DNA of 64,000 bases, from NCBI GenBank assembly GCA_024413465.1, contig JAKSVU010000001.1, forward strand, positions 21,949 to 85,948. The letters are read 5' to 3'. Under the pieces are notes generated by a model that made no database searches, was not told where the DNA came from, and worked only from the letters and a program-made list of their open reading frames with translations. Made by a program: the position numbers and the translations under genes. The stretch comes from Alphaproteobacteria bacterium. Its GTDB lineage: Bacteria > Pseudomonadota > Alphaproteobacteria > CAAGCB01 > CAG-977. Position 1 is the first letter of the stretch. Every line of letters begins with the position of its first letter. This document shows, one piece after another, positions 8,993 through 19,247 of the stretch.

Positions 8993-10684
8993 TTACTCTT
9001 TATCAATTGGTAATTGAACACTAAAAATAGCACCGCATATTTTTCCAGTAGAATCCTTTCTATTTTCAGCGGAGATAGTTCCATTTAATTCTGCTACTAT
9101 TTTTTCGGAGATGGACAATCCTAATCCAGAATGTTTCCCAAATTTTTCTGAAGTTGGCCTTTGACAATAAAAACGTTGAAATAGTTTTTTTTCATCCCCC
9201 TCAGGGATGCCACATCCTTCATCCAAGATAGATACGTTGATAAGAGAATTTTGTTTAGAAACATTAATTGTTATCGTTCCATTTGTTGGTGAAAAAGAGA
9301 TAGCATTTCCAATTAAATTATAAAAGACTTGAGCTATTCTACTTTCCATTCCTAGGACAAAAATATTTTTTTCGAGTTCTTGATCCCAATTTAGAATAAA
9401 ACTTAATTTTTTACTATCAGTGTCAGCAGCAAGATTATATCCATTGATTAAAGAGGTTAGAAGGGTATGCATATTTACTTTTTCAAATTCTTCTCTAGAA
9501 AGTTCAGCATCGATTTTAGAAAGATTAGAAATATCAGTAATTAATCTGTTCATTCTAGAAACATCTTCTTTTACAATTGAAAGAAGTTGTTCTTTTTTTT
9601 CTGTAGAGTGAATATAATCAATAGTTTCAAGTGCACTTTTCATCGATGATAAGGGATTTTTTAATTCGTGAGAAACGTCACTAGCAAATTTTTCAGTTGC
9701 ATCAATTTTTTCCCACAAAGTATCTGTCATTTTTATTAAGGATGCGGATAAAACGCCAATTTCATCTTTTCTTTTCGTTTCATTTGGAATGGTAGTTCTT
9801 CTTCCACCACTTGTTTTGATTTGTACTGCAGCTTTAGATAATTTTTCTATTGGTAAAATAATTGTTCTTATGATGAAAAGAGATAGGAGTAATGTGATGA
9901 TTAATGCAGTAAAAAATAATCTAAATATACCAAATTGAATGGCTATCAGTGTAGATAATATATTATCGATAGAGCCATTTATTAAAATGGCACCTAAAAT
10001 TTGGTTTTCAAAAATTACAGGTACAGCAACACTTAACATATAGCCAAAGGAGGGTGAAAAACGTATTTCAGAATTAACGGAACCATTTCCTAAAGCTATT
10101 CCAACCTCTTCAAAATCAAATGCATTTAATGAATTTTCATTTTCAAATTTTTTATGGACATTGAAAAAATAGGGTTTTACTATTTTTTTATTTATTTTTG
10201 ATGTTTGAATTTGCGTATTTGTGTTTGCAATTAATAGACCATTATGATTAAAGAGGCGAACTTGAATTGAATCTAAAGATGTCAATCTTTTTAGAATACG
10301 ATTAGATTCATCAGGAAGAAGTTTATAAATGGTTTTAGATTCATTTCTTTTAAAAAAATTATTATTTTTTTTTGTTTTAATTTTTTTTAATAAAATGAAA
10401 CCATCAAGAATTTTTCTCAGGGATAAAGTTTCTTTTTTTATATTAAGTGTTTCAGAGATAACTGCACCTTCACTCAAAGCAATTGACATTAGTTCTGCTT
10501 GAGCTTTTAATGTTTTTATTTCTGCATTTATTAAGCCCGTTTTATAATGACCCATAGAAAGAAGTCCTACAACAAGCAAAATAGGGGCAACTAAATTGAC
10601 AAGTAAAAGCTTGCGTACAATAGATGATTTAAGATAACTAAAAAAAATAGGTATTCTCTTTAAAGAGTTATTTATAAAAATCAT
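8993..10684 (-). CDS. chvG: Sensor histidine kinase of the ChvG/ExoS/BvrS type
   Basis: Two TM segments flank a periplasmic domain. A HAMP domain, the HisKA H-box SHELKNPL and an HATPase_c domain (GLGLSI) are present. The gene overlaps chvI by 4 nt. Confidence 0.8.
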   Translation of the reverse strand: MIFINNSLKRIPIFFSYLKSSIVRKLLLVNLVAPILLVVGLLSMGHYKTGLINAEIKTLKAQAELMSIALSEGAVISETLNIKKETLSLRKILDGFILLKKIKTKKNNNFFKRNESKTIYKLLPDESNRILKRLTSLDSIQVRLFNHNGLLIANTNTQIQTSKINKKIVKPYFFNVHKKFENENSLNAFDFEEVGIALGNGSVNSEIRFSPSFGYMLSVAVPVIFENQILGAILINGSIDNILSTLIAIQFGIFRLFFTALIITLLLSLFIIRTIILPIEKLSKAAVQIKTSGGRRTTIPNETKRKDEIGVLSASLIKMTDTLWEKIDATEKFASDVSHELKNPLSSMKSALETIDYIHSTEKKEQLLSIVKEDVSRMNRLITDISNLSKIDAELSREEFEKVNMHTLLTSLINGYNLAADTDSKKLSFILNWDQELEKNIFVLGMESRIAQVFYNLIGNAISFSPTNGTITINVSKQNSLINVSILDEGCGIPEGDEKKLFQRFYCQRPTSEKFGKHSGLGLSISEKIVAELNGTISAENRKDSTGKICGAIFSVQLPIDKE

Positions 10685-11388
10685 TTTTCATCTCTGTAAC
10701 GATATCCAACACCATAAAGTGTTTCTATGGCTGAAAAATCTGGATCAACTTCCTTAAATTTTTTACGCAGACGTTTTATGTGACTATCAATTGTTCTGTC
10801 ATCAACATACGTATTTGAACCATAAGCAGAATCTATCAATTGATCTCTTGATTTTACCTGACCTGGATGTTCTATCAAAGATAAAACAAGAAAAAATTCA
10901 GTTACAGTCAAATCAAGAATTTTTCCATTAAAAGAACAAGTATGTTTCGTTTTGTTGAGAGATAAAGCTCCATGAACGTATATTTCGTCTGAAGAAGTGC
11001 TACCGTAAGAAACATCTTCAGTTGTTTCACTTCTTCTGAGTAAAGTTTTGATTCTAGCAATAAGTAAATTTGGCGAAAATGGTTTTTTGATATAATCGTC
11101 GGCCCCCATTCGTAACCCACACAATTCATCAATTTCGTTGTCTTTGCTTGTTAAAAATATAACAGGTATATTCGATTTCTCACGAATCTTTCGTAGTACT
11201 TCCAATCCATCAATTCTTGGCATTTTTACATCTAAAACGACAAGAGAAACATTTTCCTTGAAAATGCCATCGAGGCCTAAAAAACCATCTGTGTAAGAAA
11301 AAACTTCATAACCTTCTTCTTCAAGAAGCATTGAAACAGATGTTAAAATATTTTGATCATCATCTATTAGTGCTATTTTATTGTACAT
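10681..11388 (-). CDS. chvI: OmpR-family response regulator of the ChvI/BvrR type
   Basis: A receiver domain (LIDDD...LDVKMP) and a winged-helix C-terminal domain are present. The gene lies immediately upstream of chvG. Confidence 0.85.
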   Translation of the reverse strand: MYNKIALIDDDQNILTSVSMLLEEEGYEVFSYTDGFLGLDGIFKENVSLVVLDVKMPRIDGLEVLRKIREKSNIPVIFLTSKDNEIDELCGLRMGADDYIKKPFSPNLLIARIKTLLRRSETTEDVSYGSTSSDEIYVHGALSLNKTKHTCSFNGKILDLTVTEFFLVLSLIEHPGQVKSRDQLIDSAYGSNTYVDDRTIDSHIKRLRKKFKEVDPDFSAIETLYGVGYRYRDEK

Positions 11389-11454
11389 AGATAGAAACTC
11401 CTAGCTACAATTCTAAATTTTTTTAGCTCTTTTTTCAATCTTGATTTTATATTA

Positions 11455-12924
11455 TTAATTTTTTTTAGTGTTAAAACTACTTTTCCAAGCTAATGGAAGT
11501 AGTACAACAAATACAGAAATATATTCAAGTCTTCCTAACATCATATCCGCAGCTAAAATCCATTTTGCAACAGAAGGAAAATCTGAAAAATTAGAAATTA
11601 AAGATAACTGTTGGTTAAATGCAAGTCCTGAATTTGAAAGGGCTGAAAGAACAGATGTTGTTGAGGTCATAAAATCAAGACTAAAACAAGATAATGACAA
11701 TGTTGAAAATAAAAATGTAATTAAAAAAATAGCTATAAAGACGAATATACTTGAGGTAATTTCGCTGTTGATAGGAAGATCATTATATTTTGATACAAAA
11801 ACAGCATGCGGCATTATTTTGTGTCGTAAATATTGGATTGAAAATAAGAAAATTATGTTTATTCTGAACATTTTTATACCACCGGAAGTAGAGCCACTAC
11901 AAGAACCGACAGGCATTAAAAATATCAAAAGTAAAATAGGAAAAGTTCCCCACTGATCTATATTTTCAATTGTAAGGCAGGTTGAAGTCAATACAGATAC
12001 GACCGTAAAGACACTTTGTCTTAGGATAAAAAAGAAAGAACGAGTAGGATAAACAGTGTTTAGCCAAAGATATAGCAAAAATGAAATGATAATAATTGTA
12101 AAAATGTAAGTTTTTATTTGGATGTCATTTTTTATGTTTATAAGTTTTTGTTTAGAAAAAGAGTAAAATATTAAAATTGGTAACCCAGAAATAAACATAA
12201 ATAAAATGATAATCCATTGAGAATAAGCAGACAATTCTGATGCAGATTGTACGGTTGGAGAAAATCCTCCTGTTGGAATTGTTGTTAATGCAAAAATTAA
12301 TGAAGTAAAAAGATTATGTTGATCTAAAAAAAGTAATAAAAAGCAAGATACTGTGTAAGTTATGTATATATACAACATTGTTAAAATCAATTGAGATGTT
12401 TTTGGCATATTCTTTTTAGATTTATCAGAATTTTCCATTGAAAACAATTGCATTCCGCCAATCCTTAAGAGAGGTAAAATGCCTAAAGCAATAACGATAA
12501 TTCCAATGCCACCAATCCATTGCAATATAGATATCCAAAGAATTATTCCACGAGATAATTCTTCAAAGTTTTGAAAAATGGATGCTCCCATGGTTGTTAA
12601 ACCAGACATCGATTCAAAAAAAGCATCTGTAAAAGATAAATTCAGCGGAGAAAAATAGAAAGGAAGTGCTGCAAAAAAACAAACAACTAACCAAACAATA
12701 GTTGTTGTTAGATACATTTCACGTATTGATAATTTTGAATACTTATCAAAAAAAGTACATAAAAATAAGCAACCAAAAAAAATAGTTAGTATGCTTGATA
12801 GAATGAAAGATTTTTCAAACGAGAATTTATCATCTATATGATCAATTAGAAAAGGAAACAGCATGGCTATTCCAAAAAGAATAAGCAGACATCCTGATAC
12901 AAAAAAAGAAATTCTAAATCTCAT
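11455..12924 (-). CDS. trkH: TrkH-family potassium uptake membrane protein
   Basis: The polytopic membrane protein carries TrkH motifs (GFSPT, GSTSGGIK). The start is placed at an internal Met (MRFRISFF) to avoid a 53-nt overlap with pepP. The ORF-track start is 12990. Confidence 0.75.
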   Translation of the reverse strand: MRFRISFFVSGCLLILFGIAMLFPFLIDHIDDKFSFEKSFILSSILTIFFGCLFLCTFFDKYSKLSIREMYLTTTIVWLVVCFFAALPFYFSPLNLSFTDAFFESMSGLTTMGASIFQNFEELSRGIILWISILQWIGGIGIIVIALGILPLLRIGGMQLFSMENSDKSKKNMPKTSQLILTMLYIYITYTVSCFLLLFLDQHNLFTSLIFALTTIPTGGFSPTVQSASELSAYSQWIIILFMFISGLPILIFYSFSKQKLINIKNDIQIKTYIFTIIIISFLLYLWLNTVYPTRSFFFILRQSVFTVVSVLTSTCLTIENIDQWGTFPILLLIFLMPVGSCSGSTSGGIKMFRINIIFLFSIQYLRHKIMPHAVFVSKYNDLPINSEITSSIFVFIAIFLITFLFSTLSLSCFSLDFMTSTTSVLSALSNSGLAFNQQLSLISNFSDFPSVAKWILAADMMLGRLEYISVFVVLLPLAWKSSFNTKKN

Positions 12925-12937
12925 AGTTTTTAATTTT

Positions 12938-14716
12938 CTAAAGAGGTGCGCAAGCCCACTCGAGCCACAAAGCTGTTTCTGTATCGACAAAAGGGGTAAT
13001 CATTTTTCGGATTCTAGAATGATAACCATCAATCCAAGATCGTTCTCTTAAAGTTAAAAGAGATTTATCAATTAAACGCCTGTCAAATGGAGCTAATGTT
13101 AATGTTGATAACTTTAACATTCTTAATTCAGAGCCCATGACAGGTTGCATGGGTTCTACCATGACAACGTTTTCTAATCGTATTCCAAAAGAATGTGCTA
13201 AATAATACCCTGGTTCATTTGAAATAAGCATACCTGGTGCTAAAGCTAAATTACTTCCCTTTGATGAAATCCGTTGAGGTCCCTCATGAACACTAAGATA
13301 AGATCCAATGCCGTGACCTGTTCCGTGAGAATAATCTACGCCATCTCTCCATAGATATTGTCGAGCTAGTGCATCAAGTTGACTTCCAGATGTTCCTTCT
13401 GGAAAAGCAATTGTTGCAATTGCTATATGTCCTTTTAAAACCTGAGTGAAACGTTTTTTTTCCAATCCACCAACTTCTCCGACAGCGATAGTTCTAGTAA
13501 TATCAGTTGTTCCATCAAGATATTGGGCACCAGAGTCAATTAAAAATAAGGAATTGTTTTTTATTTTTGAATTATTTTGTTCATCTGTATGATAATGAAC
13601 GATGGCGGCATTTTCAGCACTTGCTGCTATGCACGAGAAACTTTCTCCGCGAAATAAAGGATTTTCAGATCGAAATTCATATATTTTTTTTGCAACATCT
13701 AATTCACAAAGTTCATTTTCTTTAATTGTTTTATCAAACCAAGCTAAAAATCTGCAAACAGCGATACCATCTTTTATATGGGCATTTACGGCCCCATTCC
13801 GTTCTACTTGATTCTTACACGCTTTTTTTATAATACATGGATTTTCTTTGTCATGAATAATTGCTCCAGTCGATTGAAGTTTTTCATATATCCATGATGA
13901 ACACTGTTTTTTATCAAGTTGTACTTTTAAGTTTTGATGTCCAATAACTTCTAAAAAATTAGGAAATGTTTTTATTGAAATAATTTCAACCAAAGAGCTT
14001 ATTTTTTGTCTTAAATTATCTGTAATTTTATTTTCGTCAACAAACCATTGTAATGAACCACTTTTATACAAAAGTACAAAAGATTGAATTATTGGAATAT
14101 ATTGAGTATCATTCCCTCGAATATTTAAAAGCCAAGCAATTGATTCAAGATCGGAAATAAATATCAAATCGTCATTATCAACTCCTAAGGAAGATGCTAT
14201 ATCTACTATCTTATTAGAGCTACTCAATCCTGAATATTTATCGGGAAAGGGAACAGCCCAAGTTGTTTCATTTCTGGGCTTGTCTGTCCATAAATAATCG
14301 ATGGGATCATATGGAGTTGGTTTAAAAATAACATTGTTTTTTTTGGAAATTTTTTTGATTCTTTCGATATGGGCTTGTGTGTAAAGCCAAGGATTGTATC
14401 CAATGACACTTCCTTGAGGTAAAGCTGAATAGAAAAAATCTTCAATCTGAGCTCCTTGAGACTGGATGACAGTTATTAATTTAGGATTAGTTTCTTTTTC
14501 TGCTTGTAAAGTATATCTTCCATCAACAAACAAAAATGCTCTATCTATCATAATTAAAACTTCACCTGCAGATCCTGAAAAACCAGTTAACCATTTTATG
14601 CGTTCAGATGCTGGTGAAATGTATTCATTTTGAAATTCATCTGTTCTGGGAATGAGAAGGGCAAAATATCCGTTTTTTAACATCCATTCTCGTAAAAGAG
14701 TGAATTTTTCTTCCAT
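12938..14716 (-). CDS. pepP: Xaa-Pro aminopeptidase (M24B family)
   Basis: M24 metal-ligand motifs (HGTGHGIGSYLSVHE, NEPGYY) and an N-terminal creatinase-like domain are present. Confidence 0.85.
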   Translation of the reverse strand: MEEKFTLLREWMLKNGYFALLIPRTDEFQNEYISPASERIKWLTGFSGSAGEVLIMIDRAFLFVDGRYTLQAEKETNPKLITVIQSQGAQIEDFFYSALPQGSVIGYNPWLYTQAHIERIKKISKKNNVIFKPTPYDPIDYLWTDKPRNETTWAVPFPDKYSGLSSSNKIVDIASSLGVDNDDLIFISDLESIAWLLNIRGNDTQYIPIIQSFVLLYKSGSLQWFVDENKITDNLRQKISSLVEIISIKTFPNFLEVIGHQNLKVQLDKKQCSSWIYEKLQSTGAIIHDKENPCIIKKACKNQVERNGAVNAHIKDGIAVCRFLAWFDKTIKENELCELDVAKKIYEFRSENPLFRGESFSCIAASAENAAIVHYHTDEQNNSKIKNNSLFLIDSGAQYLDGTTDITRTIAVGEVGGLEKKRFTQVLKGHIAIATIAFPEGTSGSQLDALARQYLWRDGVDYSHGTGHGIGSYLSVHEGPQRISSKGSNLALAPGMLISNEPGYYLAHSFGIRLENVVMVEPMQPVMGSELRMLKLSTLTLAPFDRRLIDKSLLTLRERSWIDGYHSRIRKMITPFVDTETALWLEWACAPL

Positions 14717-14717
14717 T

Positions 14718-15626
14718 TTATAAATCTCCTTCGTCTTTTCCCATAATTAATGTGGACCAACCTTCAATGCGGTAACGTTTCTTCAATTTAAGCCCAGCAC
14801 GTTTATGTGCAGAAATTACCCAATTTTCTTGTTTGTATAAAAGTCCAGAAAGAATTGCTACTCCATGTTCCGATAAATTTGCAGATAAATCCTTTGCCAT
14901 CATCGTCAGTGGACGTGCTAGAATATTTGAAAAAATGAGATTATATGGACCATTTTCTTTAATTTCTGGACGAGCATAACCATTTCCGTCATAAGCTGTG
15001 ATGAATTTTTCTAAGTTGTTCTTTTGAGCATTTTCTAGTGTAACACGGACAGATTCTGGATCAATGTCAGCACACACAACGTTTTTATGCAAGGTTGCCG
15101 CAGCAGCTAGACCCAAAATACCAGAACCACATCCCATATCTAAAATTTTATCGATATGTATTTTAGAACTTACTTCTTCTAAGCCAAGCAAACAGCCTTG
15201 TGTTGTAAAATGTTCTCCGGAACCAAATGCTGTAGCAGCATCAATCTGAAGTGAAATTTTATCTTGGGGGGGTAAATCTTTTATATGTGAACCATATATG
15301 TAGTAATTCCCAACAGAAACTGGTTTAAAGCTATCAAGACTTGCACGAAGCCAATCTTTTTGAACAATTTCACTGAGAGTATATTTGGGAAAGTCTATTT
15401 TTGCTAATGTGGTTGCAATTTCAAGTTTTGTTTCAAGGGCAGCTTTATCAGGTTTTTCTTGAAAAATAGCTTGTAATAACCACTTTCCTTTATTTGTTCC
15501 TTTTTCAATTAATTGAGCTAACAAAGCTGTATCTTCATCACCATCAAGGGCTTTTTCAAAGAATGGCATAGCTTGTTGAGATAAAACAAGATCAAGTTGC
15601 CAGTTATTATTTGTTTCTTCAGTCAT
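14718..15626 (-). CDS. prmA: Ribosomal protein L11 methyltransferase
   Basis: The SAM-binding motif LDMGCGSGILG and a PrmA N-terminal domain are present. Confidence 0.85.
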   Translation of the reverse strand: MTEETNNNWQLDLVLSQQAMPFFEKALDGDEDTALLAQLIEKGTNKGKWLLQAIFQEKPDKAALETKLEIATTLAKIDFPKYTLSEIVQKDWLRASLDSFKPVSVGNYYIYGSHIKDLPPQDKISLQIDAATAFGSGEHFTTQGCLLGLEEVSSKIHIDKILDMGCGSGILGLAAAATLHKNVVCADIDPESVRVTLENAQKNNLEKFITAYDGNGYARPEIKENGPYNLIFSNILARPLTMMAKDLSANLSEHGVAILSGLLYKQENWVISAHKRAGLKLKKRYRIEGWSTLIMGKDEGDL

Positions 15627-15647
15627 TTTATTTCTTTCTGTTTATAC

Positions 15648-17600
15648 TTAATAATTAAAAAAAGGTGTATCATAAAGACGATCTTTTTCATAATTCTGTT
15701 GAGCTAGGGATATCTTAACATGTTCATTTGATAAATTGTATAAAAAACGTGAAGGTTCTTGTCCTTCTAAGGATTTGCCATTTAAATAGCGTTTTGTTAC
15801 GGAGGATATATAAACTTTTTCTTTTGCTCTAGTAATACCAACATAAGCTAAACGGCGTTCTTCTTCAAGAGCTTCTTCACCACCTTCATCTAAAGCTCTT
15901 TGATGTGGAAACAATCCTTCTTCCCATCCAGGTAAAAAAACACAGGCAAATTCTAGTCCTTTAGCAGCATGAAGAGTCATTATTTTTACACAATTTGATG
16001 AAAAGTCTTCCTTTCCATTCATTTTTAAGAGAATGTCTTCTAAGCAATCTTCAATTGAGAAGTAATCGAATAATAGACTTTTAAGTTCATTTAAATGTTC
16101 AAGTTTATTTTCTTCGTCTTTAATAAAATCATAGTAGTTAAATTGTTGCAGTATAAAATCCAAAATTTTTGAACATTTTTTTTCTTTTTCAAGATATTCT
16201 TTGCATATATGATAGTCTTCAATAAATTTTTTTATTCCAGCTGAACTTTTCCCTTTGAATAATTTTTCCTCATCCATTTTTTTTATTGCTTCAAAAAAAT
16301 TCAAGTGGTTTTCTTCAGAAAAATCTAAAATTTTATTTATTGCTGTTTTCCCAATTCCAGAAATCGTCTTTTCTAAAATTCTTTCGAAAGAAAGACTATA
16401 TTGAGGTTGAATAAGCATTTGAATGTAAGATATAGCATCTTTTATTTCTTCTCGTTTTGAAAGAGCAAAATTAGATATGACCATAAATGGAATTTTCCAA
16501 TTTGATAAAGCATCTGTTATTGTTTTTGATAATGAAGAGGTTCTGATTAGAATCGCTACATCAGAATAAGAGATATTATTTTGATTTATTTTGTGTGCAA
16601 TATCTCTAGCTTCATCTCTATCGGAGTAATACATTGAAACTTGAACTTGTTCTCCGATAATGTTTTCTCGTTCAGGGGCTGTATGAATAGTTTTATTTAG
16701 TCTTTCTGTGTTATTAGAAATTAAAGATGCAGCCGCTCCTAAAATATGTTGAGTTGATCTGTAATTACTCTCTAATTTTATAATCGTTGCATTTTGATAG
16801 TTGTTTTCAAAATCTAAGATATTTTTAATCTCAGAACCACGCCATGAATAGATTGATTGATCATCATCTCCGACACAGCATATATTATGATGTTCTCCTG
16901 CTAAAAATTGTAGCCACTGGTGTTGAGCAGGATTCGTATCTTGAAATTCATCCACTAATATATACTTAAATTTTTGTCGATATTCATTCAAAATATCTAG
17001 ATGTTCCTTAAAAAGCGTCAAACAATGCAAAAGTAAATCTCCGAAATCAACAGCATTTAACGAAAGAAGGTCTTGTTGATAGCTCTCATAAATATTTTTT
17101 ATGTAAGGAAATTTGTCATCAGATTGACAGTTTTTGTATGAAAATCCTTCATCTTTTTGTTTTTGTATTCGATCCAGAACAAAACTTGGAGGAAATTTTT
17201 TGATATCAATTCCTTTTTCTAACAATCTTTTTTTGATGATTTTTTCTTGGTCAGTTGTATCAATAATGTTAAAATTGTCACTCAAACCAATTAAATTGGC
17301 ATGTTTTCTTAGTATTCTAGCTCCTAATTTATGAAAAGTTCCTAACCAAATATCTTGTGCGCTTGACCCAATAATGGAAAATAAACGTTCTCGCATTTCA
17401 TTTGCAGCTTTGTTTGTAAATGTTACAGCTAAGCAATTAAATGGAGGAGCCAACTTCTTATAAATAATATTTGCTAGTCTATACGTTAAAACTGTAGTTT
17501 TCCCAGAACCAGCACCAGCCAAAACAAGAAGGGGGCCTTCTGTTTTGTTGACAGCTTCAAGTTGTTCATTATTAAGATGCGAAAAATTTAATTCAACCAT
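15648..17600 (-). CDS. UvrD/Rep-family ATP-dependent DNA helicase
   Basis: Helicase motifs are present, including Walker A LAGAGSGKTTVL, a DExx-type motif (VDEFQDTN) and motif VI (VGITRAKEKVYIS). Confidence 0.85.
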   Translation of the reverse strand: MVELNFSHLNNEQLEAVNKTEGPLLVLAGAGSGKTTVLTYRLANIIYKKLAPPFNCLAVTFTNKAANEMRERLFSIIGSSAQDIWLGTFHKLGARILRKHANLIGLSDNFNIIDTTDQEKIIKKRLLEKGIDIKKFPPSFVLDRIQKQKDEGFSYKNCQSDDKFPYIKNIYESYQQDLLSLNAVDFGDLLLHCLTLFKEHLDILNEYRQKFKYILVDEFQDTNPAQHQWLQFLAGEHHNICCVGDDDQSIYSWRGSEIKNILDFENNYQNATIIKLESNYRSTQHILGAAASLISNNTERLNKTIHTAPERENIIGEQVQVSMYYSDRDEARDIAHKINQNNISYSDVAILIRTSSLSKTITDALSNWKIPFMVISNFALSKREEIKDAISYIQMLIQPQYSLSFERILEKTISGIGKTAINKILDFSEENHLNFFEAIKKMDEEKLFKGKSSAGIKKFIEDYHICKEYLEKEKKCSKILDFILQQFNYYDFIKDEENKLEHLNELKSLLFDYFSIEDCLEDILLKMNGKEDFSSNCVKIMTLHAAKGLEFACVFLPGWEEGLFPHQRALDEGGEEALEEERRLAYVGITRAKEKVYISSVTKRYLNGKSLEGQEPSRFLYNLSNEHVKISLAQQNYEKDRLYDTPFFNY

Positions 17601-17610
17601 AATGCCTCTA

Positions 17611-17642
17611 ATAAAAAAATCCCTTGCGATAATACAAGGGAT
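17611..17642. terminator. Hairpin (ATCCCTTG / CAAGGGAT) flanked by T-runs on both strands; terminator for rpsU
   Basis: An 8-bp stem with T/A tracts on both sides lies directly downstream of rpsU on the minus strand. Confidence 0.5.
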
Positions 17643-17663
17643 TCTTTTTAAATAAAAGTATTT

Positions 17664-17870
17664 TTAGAACCCATCACGTTCCAAACGTTTACGTTCCAAT
17701 TTTCTAGCGCGTCTAATTGCTTCAGCTTTTTCACGAGCTTTCTTTTCAGAAGGTTTTTCAAAATTTCTACGCAACTTCATTTCACGAAAGACACCTTCAC
17801 GTTGCATTTTTTTCTTTAAAGCTTTCAAAGCTTGATCAACATTGTTATCACGAACGACAACTTGTACCAT
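17664..17870 (-). CDS. rpsU: 30S ribosomal protein S21
   Basis: [32 protein letters not shown] matches the alphaproteobacterial S21 N-terminus. The start is placed at the Met that gives the canonical MxVxVRDNN N-terminus. The ORF track extends to 17888. Confidence 0.9.
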   Translation of the reverse strand: MVQVVVRDNNVDQALKALKKKMQREGVFREMKLRRNFEKPSEKKAREKAEAIRRARKLERKRLERDGF

Positions 17871-18037
17871 TTTATTATATCCTTTCAAAAATTTTAATGT
17901 AAAAGAGTGAGAAATATAACTTTCTCTATATTAATTCCAAAAACTAAATAAAAAAGCTAAGAAAAACATACCCCCTTTACAGAAAAATAGCTCTGTAAAG
18001 TGTATAAACTTATAATGAAAAAAAAACAATACTTTTT

Positions 18038-19108
18038 TTAAGCAATTGCAATATTATTTTGCCGATCTTTATTTTCTTTTAGTGCAGAAAAAGCCCTCAT
18101 CATTAATAAATCGATAGAATTTTCATCTTTTATTCTGGATGCAATGCTAATGCTTGTTGTAACAGAAATATTTTCATCATCAATTGATAAATTAGTTTTC
18201 ATAATGTCATTTCTTATGCGTTCTGCAACAATTTTAGCTCCGTTTAATGGCGTTTCTGGTAAAATGAGAGCAAATTCAATGTCGCCAATTCTTCCAATAT
18301 AATCTGAATCTCGAGTTGAATTTCTGCAGGCAGTAACAGCAACTTGGATAACTTTATTACTAAATGCGATTCCGAGGTCTTTGTTTAAGGAATCAAATCG
18401 ATCGATAGTTAGGAGTAATACGGACAATTCCCTATCGTACCGAACAGCTCGCTTCATTTCACGAGCTCCTTCTTCAAGAAATTTTTTTCGATTTAATACA
18501 CCTGTAACAGGGTCAATCATAGTCATCTTTCTTAAATTTTCTTCTAGCATTTTTCTAGGAGTTATATCAAATCCAATTGCATGAATTTGTTTGGGAATTC
18601 CATTTTCATAGATAATTCTATTTGTCCAAGATACCCAAACTTTTTTTCCATCTTTACGGATGTTTTCATTTTCAGTATCTACATATAAACGAGGATTGTT
18701 TTTAATTTTTTCTAAAAGATCACACATATTTTGTCCTGTAGAATCTTTCAATGGGACTATTGTTCCTATAACTTTTTTTCCGATTAATTCTTCTTGAGAA
18801 GAATAACCAAAAAAATTAACAGCATATTCGTTTAAAGATAAAAGAGTTCCATCTACACTTATTCCAAGAAAAATACTTTGATATTTATTTTCATCAGAAT
18901 ACGGATCAAAAAGTAAATTTTTTTCTTTATTTGCTTTTTCTAATAGTTTTTTCTCCTTCAATAATTCTTCATTTAATTCGATTATTTTATTATTTTTTTC
19001 ATCAAGCAAAAATTTATTTTTTCTGAGGAGATATAGCTCTATAAATGCAAGAATAAACAAAATAAAAGCAGAAAGTATAGCCGTATTAAGTATTGCAGAG
19101 TTTAACAT
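18038..19108 (-). CDS. Membrane-anchored PAS-GGDEF protein with a degenerate GGDEF motif (RIGDIEF) and an intact RxxD I-site
   Basis: An N-terminal TM helix and coiled coil are followed by a PAS/PAC domain and a GGDEF fold. RIGDIEF occupies the place of RYGG(D/E)EF, and RDSD lies 5 residues upstream. Confidence 0.75.
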   Translation of the reverse strand: MLNSAILNTAILSAFILFILAFIELYLLRKNKFLLDEKNNKIIELNEELLKEKKLLEKANKEKNLLFDPYSDENKYQSIFLGISVDGTLLSLNEYAVNFFGYSSQEELIGKKVIGTIVPLKDSTGQNMCDLLEKIKNNPRLYVDTENENIRKDGKKVWVSWTNRIIYENGIPKQIHAIGFDITPRKMLEENLRKMTMIDPVTGVLNRKKFLEEGAREMKRAVRYDRELSVLLLTIDRFDSLNKDLGIAFSNKVIQVAVTACRNSTRDSDYIGRIGDIEFALILPETPLNGAKIVAERIRNDIMKTNLSIDDENISVTTSISIASRIKDENSIDLLMMRAFSALKENKDRQNNIAIA

Positions 19109-19247
19109 AAATTATATTCCTAAGTATATGTATTTTTAATCTGATAATGATTTTACTATTAATTGTGTAAATTAAAACAAAAAAATATACTTCTAAAAAA
19201 AAGGTGATATAAGATTAAGCAAAAATTGTAAAAAAAATATTGGAATT

